From Gnetum montanum (taxonomy: Eukaryota > Plantae > Gnetophyta), in assembly GCA_015680685.1 (NCBI GenBank), contig MNCI01000751.1:483314-547313 (forward strand): a stretch of 64,000 nucleotides of DNA. Direction: 5' to 3'. This document shows, piece after piece, positions 1 through 11,600 of this stretch. Within the stretch, counting starts at the first letter, position 1. Every line of letters starts with the position of its first letter. The translations under genes were made by a program, and so were the position numbers. The notes under the pieces were generated by a model, which searched no databases, was not told where the DNA came from, and saw only the letters and a list, made by a program, of their open reading frames with translations.

Positions 1-2797
1 AGCCCAAATCTAGTTACAATATTATCTAAGATGAAATGGCAAACCTGTTGAGATGTGATCTTCCATAGGGGGATAGCTTCAACCCACTTTGTAAAATACT
101 CGATGGTGGTGATAATGAAGCTATGTCTTGCAGAAGATTTAAGAGCGATGGGACCTATGATATCTAGTCCCCATTGTTGGAATGACCAAGTAATCTGAGT
201 AGTATGTAATTCGGTTGGCGACACGTGTATTAGATTTGCATATCACTGGCACGTATCACACGTCTTGACTTTGGTAAGGCAGTCTCTTTCCATGTACGAC
301 CAATAGTACCCTAGGCATCTGATTTTAGTGGCCATGGCTCGTGGGGCTACGTGTCCTCCACACAGCCCCTCATGGACCTCACTAACTATTCGCCGTGCTT
401 GATCATTATCGATGCAAGTAAGCAATATCCCATTAAAGGAGCGTCTATAGAGAGTACTATCTCCAATGATTATGTATTTCCTGGCACGTTTGTGCACTGT
501 GTCCTTTTGTGCATGCGTTAGCTCGTGTGGTGGTTCACCATGCAGAAGGTAAGTCTTAATATTGTCATACCATTCTGGTGTTCCTCTTGCATTTAATGAA
601 GAAATATGCACCACTTGGATGAAAAAATCTGTACATTCCATCATCAAAGCGGGCCAAGTGGCAAACAAGCGTGGTGGCACGTTCAATGCCAGGGTGACCA
701 ATGCATCGGCCACAACGTTTTCATTACACGGCACATGCCAGGCATCAACTATCATAAATTGTTTTAGGAGATGTTTAGCCATATCGCAGTAGGGCTGTAG
801 ATGTACAGCTTTGTAGGCATAGACCCCCGTGATTTGATTGATGACCAGCATCGAATCACCTCAGATCGCCAGGTGTTGAACATTGAGTTCTCTGGCTACC
901 AATAATCCCCTGAAGAGTCCCTCATACTCTGCCACATTGTTCATACAAGGGAAGGTTAGGCGGTAAGCCAATGGACACACATATTCAGCTGTAAGCATAA
1001 TCAAAGCGGCAGCACTGCCGCCTCTAGTAGTTGAAGCTCCGTCGAAGTATAACATTGCTTTGAGGCCTGTTGATATAGAACTTAAACTATGTACATGCTC
1101 ATCTGGGAATTTTGGCTCTATCGTAGCTTGATCTTTAGTGGGCGATGTCGCTAGCTTGTCAGCTATGGCCTGACCTTTGGTGGACGATTGGCCGACATAA
1201 TGTAAATCAAATTCGGCTGTGATAGCCTTCCAACGAGCTATCCTGCTACTCTCATATAAGTTGTTTGAGATAGCTCGCAGAACATTACTTTTATAGATTA
1301 TGTTGACCTGACTACAGAAAAGATAATGCCTACATTTTTTAAGTGTGAAGACTAATGCCAAATAGTTACGCTCTACTTCATTGTACCTTGTCTCGTATGC
1401 AAATAGGGCATGACTGAGGTAATAGATAGGGGCTTCAGACCCATCATTACTTTTTTGGTATAGTAACGCAGCTATGGACATGTTTGAGCTAGCTAGATAG
1501 ATGTAAAAAGGTTGATCCCTTTGCGGCAGGAAAACCGTTGGCAAATGTTGTAGCTCCTTTTTTAAATTGTCAAATGTATGCTGGTAGTCATCGGTCCATT
1601 CGAAATTAACACCCTTCTTAAGAAGGTGTTGCATGGGATGTAATTTATTTGTTAATTTTGAAATGAACCACCTGATAAACTGTAGTCTGCCTTGTAACCC
1701 ACGTAGTTCTTTGAGGTTTGTAGGTGGCGTTAGATCGACAATGGCTTTAACTTTATTAGGGTCGACTCGGATTCCAGTCTCTGATACTACAAACCCCAAC
1801 ATGCATCCGATTTTGACTCTGAATACGCATTTCTTTGGGTTAAGCTGCAAGTCATGCTTAAGGCATCGTTTAAGGACTAACTCTAGGTCTTCTAAATGAT
1901 CTTCAAACTTTATAGACTTGACAGCTATGTCATCTACGTAGTCATTCAATCTCCCTAAAAGGTAGTCACTAAAGATGTATGTCATGGCTTGTTGATATGT
2001 TGCCCAGTGTTTTTTAGCCTGAAAGGCATCATATTGTAACAAAAGGTTCCCTAGGGTGTCATGAATGTTGTGGTCAACTGATGCTTCGGGTTGATGCGAA
2101 TTTGATTATAACCTGAGAAACAATCCATAAAGGATAGAAGCACGTGACCAGCTGTTGTGTCGATCAGTTGGTCGATACTTGGTAGTGGAAAATTTTCTTT
2201 AATCGTAGCTTTGTTCAGATCTCAGAAGTCTATGCAAATGTGTATACCTTCGGTTTTCTTAGAGACAACTACGATGTTGGACACCCAATCTGAGTAATCA
2301 ACCACGCGAATGAAACCAGCTTGATATAGCTTGGTGATTTCATTACACACTGCTAACACGATTTCTGGCTTGATCTTTCGTGCCTTCTGTCTAACTGCTT
2401 TGATGTGTGGGTCTAAAATTATGTTATGCTATATTAATCTCGCGTCTAATCCCGACATGTCTTCATATGATCATGCAAATACAACAACGTTGTTTTGGAG
2501 CACTTGTGTTATGCCACTCTGTGTTTGTTGTTCTAAAAGAGAACTAACTCTAAGAGTTTTATTCTCGCCTTTGTGCATAACCAGAGGGACCTTGTCGAGA
2601 GGATCCTCGGTCACATCACCAGCCTCCAGGTCTAGAGTTCGGGCCAAATGTTCTGGTCAATCTGGGGATATTTCCGATGTTGCTATGGTTGCGTCACAAG
2701 GGGTAGGTTCTATTTCTATCAGTGTGTAGTTAGACTATCTAATAGTTTCCCCGTATGGGCCTGTTAAGGCTAATGGTGCAGATAAAGCTGCATCCAT
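1..2797 (-). pseudogene. pol: pol (RT, RNase H, archaeal-type aRH, integrase N-terminus) of E1, with stops and a frameshift
   Basis: RT motifs WVSNIVVV, SFMDCFSGYNQI, YVDD and LNPKKC; RH LYLASS...YNEVE; aRH LYFDGAS...NNVAEYEGL...GDS; integrase HEGLCGGH...CDTCQ and WGLDIIGP. The frame opens at MDAALSAPL (2797). Confidence 0.95.
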
Positions 2798-3371
2798 TTG
2801 TGAATCGCCTTGCAAAAACATCAAAAAAGGAAGTTGTTACATTGTTTTTTTGCTAATCAGTTGAATGATAAGAGTTTGTTTTTGTCTTTTTAGCGTTAAA
2901 GATGCTTCCAGTTTAAGGTCTTAGTGGACTGTTACAAATATGTCCAGTTTGTAAGATAATAACAAGCTCAGCTTCCTAGATGCTGGCGTATGAAATGAAA
3001 TGAAAAGTGTAACGTGACGTGTCTAGCATGTTGTGAAATTTGAGTTTCTGTACAAACTGTAGTTAATGCGACCGGATTACGAGATGATAAATGTATTAGT
3101 TTAAGGTCATTTTGGACCACAATCTACATGATATCAACGAAATTAATGCCCCGATCTTCATGTTTCATGTGATGTTGACACCGGCATTTTGGGAAAGTTC
3201 TGCATCGATCGGATAGAAAGAAAAATTAGTTTCAAGAATTTTGTTTATAAACCAATGGTTCATACTCGAGATGGGTTACAGATATCGTGAATTTTGATTT
3301 TGGCTATAGTAGAAGAGGAGCAGAAGCAAGGTGTAAACTAGAGATTTACGAAAACTCATTCGATTGCAGCC

Positions 3372-6300
3372 ATGGCACCAAAGGTCAAGGGGAAAAACGC
3401 TAAACTGGCTGGGATTGAGGAAGTACAGGAGAGTCTGCAACGGGCTTCACTAGCTAGAGTTGAGGTGCAAGAAGCTATTCTACTTAACCGGTAAATGGTC
3501 GTTCGTCCTTTTGCACTATTGTCATATTTGTTGCAGTGTCATAGTTGTGTATTGTTTTCTTGAATGTATATGTTACGTTGAGCGTTAATATCTATTTACG
3601 TAGGCTGAGCTATTGTGATTTGTGGTATTACCTTCATCTTTGCTGTTGGAGATGAACCTCATATTGTTACGAGGGTTTAGGTAATGTTGGATAATACTGG
3701 ACAAACGTTGTGTATAATCGAAAGACCTCGGTATTATATTTTGTAGGTAGTGTAATCAGGGTTTTATTTTCCTTTTCTTTATTCCTGTAATAGTTGCATG
3801 TTACATTGGAATAATACGCAGCATTTCCTTCATTGCTGTTGTCAGAGACAGACCTTGAGCTGTTGCAAGGGTTTGGGCGATTCTGGCCATGCGTTTCTAG
3901 TGAAATCTGTAATTTTCTGGGAATCAGGTGAACCTTATTATAGCATGATGAATATTTATGTTCAAATGCTTTGTCTAATGGCAACAAGTTTTCATTGTAC
4001 AGTATCATGTTAAAGCCTGTCCTAATCATTTTGGACATCGTGGACGTTCTATGCTGCATGCATGTTCCCACGGCCAATGTTCCTCCTCCTCATGCTCATA
4101 TAAAGGGGGAGGTGGTATGGTTCCGAAGAGGTGTGCAGGGGTTCCTATAGTTTCTACTTCGTAACTACAGCGTAATCATCTATTTGCATCTACCAGGCGA
4201 TGTAGCTACTGCTATTTTGGAGATGTTATTGGTTGGTTCGACGCAGGGCATCTTGGGGTTCCTAACGGACGATAGGATTGAGATTGTGCAAGTGCAAGAC
4301 TGTGAACAAAGCACCAAAGGTTTGAGGCATTTGAGTTGGATCTAGGAGGTGCCGAGATTCAACTGCTATCACTCCTACAATACTCTATTCATGGCTCATC
4401 ACCTCACAACCTATTTCCAGAACCCACCTGGTACTGTGTATTACGCTAGCTGGTAAGAATCTAAATTTGTGTCGTTTCGATGTGTGTCAACGTGCTAACT
4501 ATTGTCTGGATTTACGTCGAGAGTAAAGAATTTGTCCATTTTATGTGATGTAGATTCTTTATCAATGACAGTGGTCTCCTAGGTGCTAATGATACCTTAT
4601 CATTGACCGAAAGGTCTATTAGTGAATTTACTGCTATTAGCAATGTATGGGCCGCTGTCATGGAACAACTAGCATTTGAAATTCCAGAGTACCTGACCCG
4701 CTATGCCAACTTCTTTGCTAGATGTAAAAATTTCAGATGGCTGGATAAGGAATGGACCTTGGATCCTCCCCTTACTGTCATCGACGTGCGAAGGAAAATC
4801 CCTCCATTTCCTTTGACATTCGGACCTGGTAAACTTTGTTACGATGATGAATTGTGTCAATGTTATCAGTTAGCGATGATGTGTTAAGTTGTCTTATTTT
4901 ACTTTTTAGAATCTTGGCTTAGCTATTGTTTTATGTCTGTAGTTAGGGAATCATGGGAAATCATGATCATGGCCTCCGGTCACGATGCGAGCAATATCTT
5001 TTTCCACTATGGTGACATGAAGGAGGCACAATGTTGGCTCGGCCATAGAGCGGCCCTTGCTGTTTTGACCAATAACCTTCAGGAGGCTAGACTAATGGAC
5101 CTGTTCTTGGCCATAACCCCTGATGTTACCGTGGGTGAAATGTTGACCTTAGTCAACTCCTTTAGTGAAGAAGTTGAGTGTCTCTGCGTATGCGTGCGTA
5201 ACGTGTGCATAAATTTTGACATTGACACTCAGCTGTTCCCTAATCTCTTCGAGGTCCCCTTTGATGGCTTTCCTATAGAGGAAAAGTTGAAGAGGAGTGA
5301 AAAATGCCAAGAAGGGATAAAGGAGTGGCTAGGGGTTAAGAAAGAGGCCAAAGGGATTCCTACTGATGGGATTGAGTTGGTGGTGGCCAACACCATTTAC
5401 CCCCTTTTCTGAGCTCGGGCCTTCCCCAAGACACTCTCCCAAGGGAGAATTCTCACTATAGAACAAGCTTGCATTATGCGAGAGGTCATGGAGGAGGGGA
5501 CATGATTCAATTAGACCAGCTATTTTGCTAAAGGCCTGTGCGTTGAAATGGTCAAGCTTCGCAAGAAGCTTGAGTTCCGTTTCAACGTGCATTTTGCATT
5601 TTGCATAGCTTGCTTCCAGTGCTTTGCCGAGTTTCTGGTTGTTCAACGGGATGGAGTCTAGATGTAGCAAGACCGTGACTAGATTTCTAAACCATGGATT
5701 TCCCATATGTTTGGTACTGTCCAGTCACAGGACCCTCCTGAAGGAATTGGGGAGTTGTTATTTTTAACGACTATGGACATGGCGACACCTCGAATGTGGG
5801 GTCCAGACAGCGTGGATGGGGCACTCCCTTCCTATACTAGTGATGCATCGAGGGGGAAGCACCTGGTGGCTGAGATAGTGGACTCGTCGGTGCCTCGGAA
5901 GAAGCCTCGTTTGATCGAGGAGTTTGTCGAGCCAACAAGTAGTGCAAGGCAGAAGATGCAGGTCAAATTTCGGAGGAGTAATCCTCCAGCAAGTAAGCAA
6001 AGGAATGTGCAAATGGTTACATCCATGTTGCGTATAGAAACTTTTATGTTGCGATTTATTGAACTAGAGAAGAATTTTATGTTAACTGAAAACATTATGT
6101 GATAGTGAAGGAGAGGGTTGTACAAAGGTTAACCCCTGAAACAGGGGCTATGATTTTGTGGCACGAGGAAGAGACCCCAGCCTTGGAAGAAGAGGCTGCA
6201 GCAATCAATCAAGTGAGTAGCACGTAGATTCCTGCACGCGAGAAGGGAGCAGTCATGGAAGATGCTGAAGTTCCTTCGGCCCAGACAAGAAGAGGTAAAT

Positions 6301-7795
6301 GATTTGTAACTCTATTAGGCTAAATTTTAGAGCATACTTGACTCTAGGAAATTGCTTCTAAAATTTATATTGATCATCATAATGTTTCAATTATGTCTTC
6401 ATATGGAACTTGTTCTGCATAATAGGTGACCAGGATGTGCACATGTCAACGGTGGCGACTCAATCCTGGGGCGAATTTCCTGATAAATTTGCCTTTATGA
6501 AAGGGGTCGTTCAAGATGTGATCGGTCACTTGGAGCAAATCGATCTTGAAGCAGGTACATCATGATCATTACACAGAAGTTGTTCCATTGTGGTATTGTG
6601 TTATCTAATTATGCCTAACCACCATGCTATGTTATTAGGAGCTCGACTCAGGTGGGATCCATTGGAGCCTATTAATCTAGACACCATCGAACCCTCCTCG
6701 GAAGAGGCTATCGTGCCACACATCATTCATGATGAAATGCATAAATGTGTGGTACGCTCGACTCACTCCTTGTGGGAATGCCAGAGTGTAAACGAAGATC
6801 TTTGGAAAAGATTGCAAAGGTTGGAGAAAGAGAGAGTGGCTCTAGGTGATGAAGTGGGGGACTTGAGATCTCAGAATGAATTCCTGTAGGCTTAGGGGAT
6901 AGGCAACGAGAACTAGTGGATGGCTATTGTAGACTACACCTATTATTGGATGGTCATCTAAAACAACATCCAGACTAGCCATGAACTGGTCGAGCAGCGG
7001 ATGCAAATGGACCTCCTAGCTCAAAAGAATCAAGACTGGAAGGACTATAGTGCAAGTGTGCAAGAATGGGGGCAGATGCAAAAAGATCATAAACATGTCT
7101 ATAAGCAGGACCGCACTACCTACCGTGAACAGTACAGAGACTCTACCATCAAGGCTCAGTCTCTTCAACTATTCCTTGACATTATTGGTGCTTCCTAGTA
7201 CATTTGAAAAGTTCCAGGAGCAAGTGTTGGTGAGCGCCTCTCCAGAAAGGGAAATGACTTTTCCTAGAGGAGAGAAAACTATCCCTTACTTCTTCCCTGA
7301 ACCACCTTGCTGGACTTCTATGGAAAAAGGGAAGAGGAAGGCAGGAACTAGTCTAGGAGATGGGGTTTGGTCTAGGATTACTGAGGACGAGATTATGCAA
7401 GGTCTGTGGATTGGCTTAAAACAAATTCTGTTTGCTACTGATGCAGGACCGTCACAGGTGAGTGTTTATTTTATTATGCCTTTTTTCATACCTAGTTTTG
7501 ATCGTGATGTCAGTATACGTGTTATGTATGATTATAGGAACGACCTGAGGAGGTTCCTCAATGAGGTGAGCATAATGTGGATGACGGCCCTCATGAAGGG
7601 GGTTTGTGAGGGACAGAGCTTAATGGTGGTGATCAATGCCATGGCAAACAACTTCATACAGAAGAGCCTGATAGGGAGGGCCACCTTCATGAAGAAATGC
7701 TACCTGAAAAAGGTGGCCCCTATGAGGACGATTTACTCGGGGTGGAGATTGAGCTGAGGGACACGGGTGACAGTGGGGACAAAGGAGACGCATAA
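3372..7795 (+). pseudogene. Antisense multi-exon accessory gene of E1: FCP1/NIF-like HAD domain, PMD/plant-transposon-protein-like domain, acidic linker, coiled coil
   Basis: ATG 3372 (MAPKVKGK) with donor at 3491. HAD-like exon 4003-4452 (KPVLIILDIVDVLC, WFRRGVQGFL, YHSYNTLFM, QNPPGT). GT-AG introns 4453-4553, 4829-4942, 6295-6425, 6555-6638 and 7458-7537. Stop at 7793-7795. A few in-frame stops. Exons are homologous to those in E2 and E6. Exon structure between 3491 and 4002 is uncertain. Confidence 0.8.
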
Positions 7796-8019
7796 CGTGG
7801 CTGTATTGGCCACAATCCATTTTTTTTATTTTTATGATGAGAAAGACAATATTTTTCTTGACATTTTAATGCAAATTTGATCTAAGTTGATGTTATTTTG
7901 TTGTTACTATTCTTACTTTATGTAAAGTGTAAATTAGGAGGTTTTGATGTTATGAGAAATGACAGATAGTTTTAGGCGTATAGTGTAAATGAAGTTACTA
8001 GTTTAAAGTCATTGCAGGC

Positions 8020-8400
8020 TACTGGATAAATCGGGTGCAAAGCGTAAATAAGGCAACTAGTCTTGGGCCATTTCGGCCCTTTGACTAGCTCAAGCGTAAA
8101 CTATGATTTAAATAGGTAGTTTAAGGCCATTGCGGGCCATGGGTAGTTTTAGGCCATTCTGGGCTGTGTATAGTTTTAGGCCATTCCGAGCCATGTATAG
8201 TTTTAGGCCATTTCAGGCCGTGTATAGTTTTAGGCCATTTCGGGTCGTGAGTATGTGGTGAAGGGATAGCGTAAATGTCACTAAGTTGCCAATTTTAAGC
8301 CTTGGTAGGCTGTGATTAGTTTAAGGCCATTTCAGGCCTTTTGATAGTTTTAGGCCATTCTAGGCCTTGTATAGTTTTAGGCCATTTTGGGCTGTGGGTA
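8020..8400. repeat. Tandem array of ~28-30 bp units, TAGTTT(T/A)AGGCCATT(T/C)NGGCC
   Basis: About ten visible copies, located just downstream of the gag-PR stop in element orientation. Confidence 0.9.
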
Positions 8401-8609
8401 GCATACATGATTAATTTTAGATAAAGTTAAAAGTGAAAAAGATAACTAGTAGGAGCGTAAAAACATAAGCATAAATGGAAACAGCTTGTGGAAGTGTAAA
8501 AATAAGCCTAAGCATAAAATGAGCATAGCTGGTGGATGCAAGGGTGGGATAGCATGATGAAATAAAACATGCATAAACTATACGGTAATCAGATGACCTG
8601 GTTTACTGG

Positions 8610-11600
8610 CTAGCCCTGTAATTGTTTCCTGATTGCTTTTATTTTTGGTGACACGTAAAGACAAGGTGATTTACCATCCTTTTCCTTCACATCACACTCC
8701 TCTTCTGGGAATGGTAGCTTGGCCCAAGTTAGGCTATCATTAGCCACTATTTCGGCTTGTTCAAGTATTCAGACAGGGGACTGATCTTTAGACATTTCGA
8801 TTTTCGACCCCAGCTCCGTTTCTATGTTATTAACAGCTTGAGGGGTTATTTCATCACCGTGGATAACCACCTCTCCTCCTGTGTAGGGTAGATGGATCTC
8901 CTGATGTATAAGTGATGAAACTACCCTTAGTTGAGCCAACCAAGACCTCCCCAGGATCAAGTTGAAGCCAGGCATCTCTTCGACAATAATGAAGGTTGCG
9001 TATGTGGGGAATTGCTCCCCCGCCATGAAGTTGATGTGCACAATGCCTTTGACATGAACTTGTGCCCTGTTGAATGACTTTAAACATGACGTGGTGGTAG
9101 CACTGATCTGATTGATTAGACCTAGCTTATCCACTATGGGGTAGGGGATGACATTAGTGGTCGTTCCATCATCCACATGTACCCTCTGAATTCGGTGTTG
9201 ACCAATCCAAATTGTGATGAACATGGGTGCTGTTGTCACATGATCCTTTTCTGGGTCACCCTTAATGGATTCATCGTGAAAGGTCAAGAGGGGAGGCCTT
9301 GGTTTCTCAGCCGCGAGAGGAAGCATAATGGAATGAATCGCTTCTTCATCCATGGGTAGGCCTTCATCCACAGGTATGGACGTTAGCATGTGAACCATAG
9401 CCTCACGATGTTTTGTGACGTCATGAGTAAGTCATAAAGGCTCAAAGTTGTATTTTTTTGTTTTAAGCTTGTTTGACTTACGTAAAGGCATTGAAGAGAT
9501 CCCGCCCACGATTTGGCTGCTTGTCACCCTTTTCCTCTTTCATTTTCCCTAGGAGATAAATTTCTTGGGGAGGAGTGATATTCAGTCGAAGGCTGTGCTT
9601 CTTTCTACCAAGAGTAGATGGTTGCGTTTGTGTAACTTCACCATCTTTAGAAAATGAGGCCAAGGGTATAGAGGTGAGGGGTTTAGGCTTGGGAAACCCC
9701 AACGTAAGACGATTCTTGGTCGTACCAGTTGTCATACCTCCTTCTCCTTTTCTATTAAATTAGGATCAAGAGTTTGACTTGGAGGTTTGCCCTTGTGTAG
9801 GAGGGATTGTTGATGGTTTTGGCACCCTGATGACAAAGGGGGCCTTAGGCATAGGTGTAGGCTAGACTGTGGCTTTACCGACAGTGGGTTGTCAAGAATT
9901 TGTTTGAGAAGGGGCTCAAAGGATAAAAGGTTGTCGTGGAGCACCTCTTGTCGATGCTATTGAATCCATTGTTTGGGGAGAACGAGGATGCATTTGTAGC
10001 ATGAAAGGTTGTTTCGGTTGTGCCTGATTATCGCCCTCTACTCCTACCACGTTAATTGTGTACCCTGCATTATTTGCATTTAACGAGTCTTGGTACACAT
10101 GCAAGGCTTGGTTTTTCAGGCAAGCTGGACTACTGCTATCCAAGATCAGGTTACCTTGATCAATCATGCATTGAATGTCATCTTTCAATGCCCAGCAGTA
10201 ATCCATGTCATGACTGCACAATTGATGGTAGTCGCAGAATCGATCTAGCCTAAAGTTCTTGGGAACCAGTGGTTCATTAGGTTGTGCCAAGGAGGGGTTC
10301 TTGAGTAACTCACAATGGCACCTGTGATATTTCAGGGCCTCCTCGAACACTAACTTGTGTTGGATGTAACTGGTTCCCAGTAATTGCTTTAAAATTTCTA
10401 AAGGCTTCATAGGTAGAGTCGCGTAATTTGAGTGGTCCTTACGCTCAAATTTTGGCCTTGGTTGTGGGGGTGTTTTAGGGGTGGAAGGAGCTTCTTGATT
10501 GGGGCTATTTGAGCTAGTTGTCAGCTTGGCAGGCTCTGTAGTTATTTTCTTGTTGTTGTTGTTTTTCTTCTTGGCCCCCTCAGCAACAGCCGCTACTTTT
10601 GTTGTCGTGGATTTTCCTTTGTCTTTACCCTTGCTGTGGGTGTTTTTGTAGACTACATACGCTAGATCTTTACTAGCCTCCACTGCATCTTGGATGCTCT
10701 TAGTCTGAGCAAAGGCTTGACTGAGGGAATGGGGAGCGAGGTAATACAGCTTAGACTTGATGAAGTCATTGATCGCTCCCTTGAAGATTGCCAGTAGATG
10801 GGCTTCTGCGATGGGTTTGCAGATTTCATTCAAGGTAGCGTTTCAGCGCTGTATAAACTTTTGGACTGACTCGAGTGGGTCTTGTTTAACTCCCATGAGC
10901 TTGTCCAGTGTGACTTCTGGCTTCAGGTTGTATTTGAAACGAGTCACAAATTGGGTTAACAGCTCTTCCAAGGTTGAGATGGAAGCGTGTGGAAGTGCTC
11001 GATACCAGTCCAAAGCTTTACCTGTTAAGGACATAGCAAAGACACGGATTATAGTATGTGGCCATTGTTGCAGCAATAAGGACTCTGACCTGAAAGTAAT
11101 GAGGTGGGCGTTGGGATCACCTTCCCCATTGTATTTTGTGAAATGGGGAAGGGGCATCCCAGGTGACAACGACAGGACTGGGACTACTGGGCTAATAGGA
11201 TCATCATGGTAGAAATCCATGACTTGTACCATGTTAGAGCCAGTAGCCTTGAGACGCTTAACCTCTTCTGTAAGGGTCTGGATGAGCTGGAAGGCTTGGT
11301 CCAGACCCGCAGATGACGAGGTCATTTGTGGAACAGAAGGAGGAGCCACACTGGGTGGCGACACAGAGCCAACAACTTGGCCAATGGTCGGTGCTATTGA
11401 GATAGTCCCTACAGGCAATGTTGCTTGTGGCATCTACCATCCGGTGGTTGGTGCGGATGGGGGAACCACCATCGGCTACGCCATTGTGTAACTGGGGGCA
11501 CGGACAGTGATCCTACAACTGGGTTTAGCACTTGTGGGACCTAGCCTTGAAGGTGGGGATGGTGGTGCATTTGCGCAGGATGCACAACAAGAGACATGTT

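Noticed and set aside
7050-7757. 235-aa ORF as a stand-alone gene
   Set aside because: It reads through the 7458-7537 intron and mixes frames; it is part of the spliced antisense gene.
3372-7795. Host gene or independent transposon inserted into E1
   Set aside because: It has no termini or TSD of its own, and homologues occur at the same position and orientation in other copies, so it is part of the element.
8020-8400. CRISPR-like array
   Set aside because: Degenerate head-to-tail units without unique spacers, no cas genes, and a eukaryotic retroelement context.
10757-11491. Plus-strand ORFs overlapping gag (similarly 2331-2729 and 19490-19936)
   Set aside because: Shadow frames of gag/pol with no recognisable motifs.
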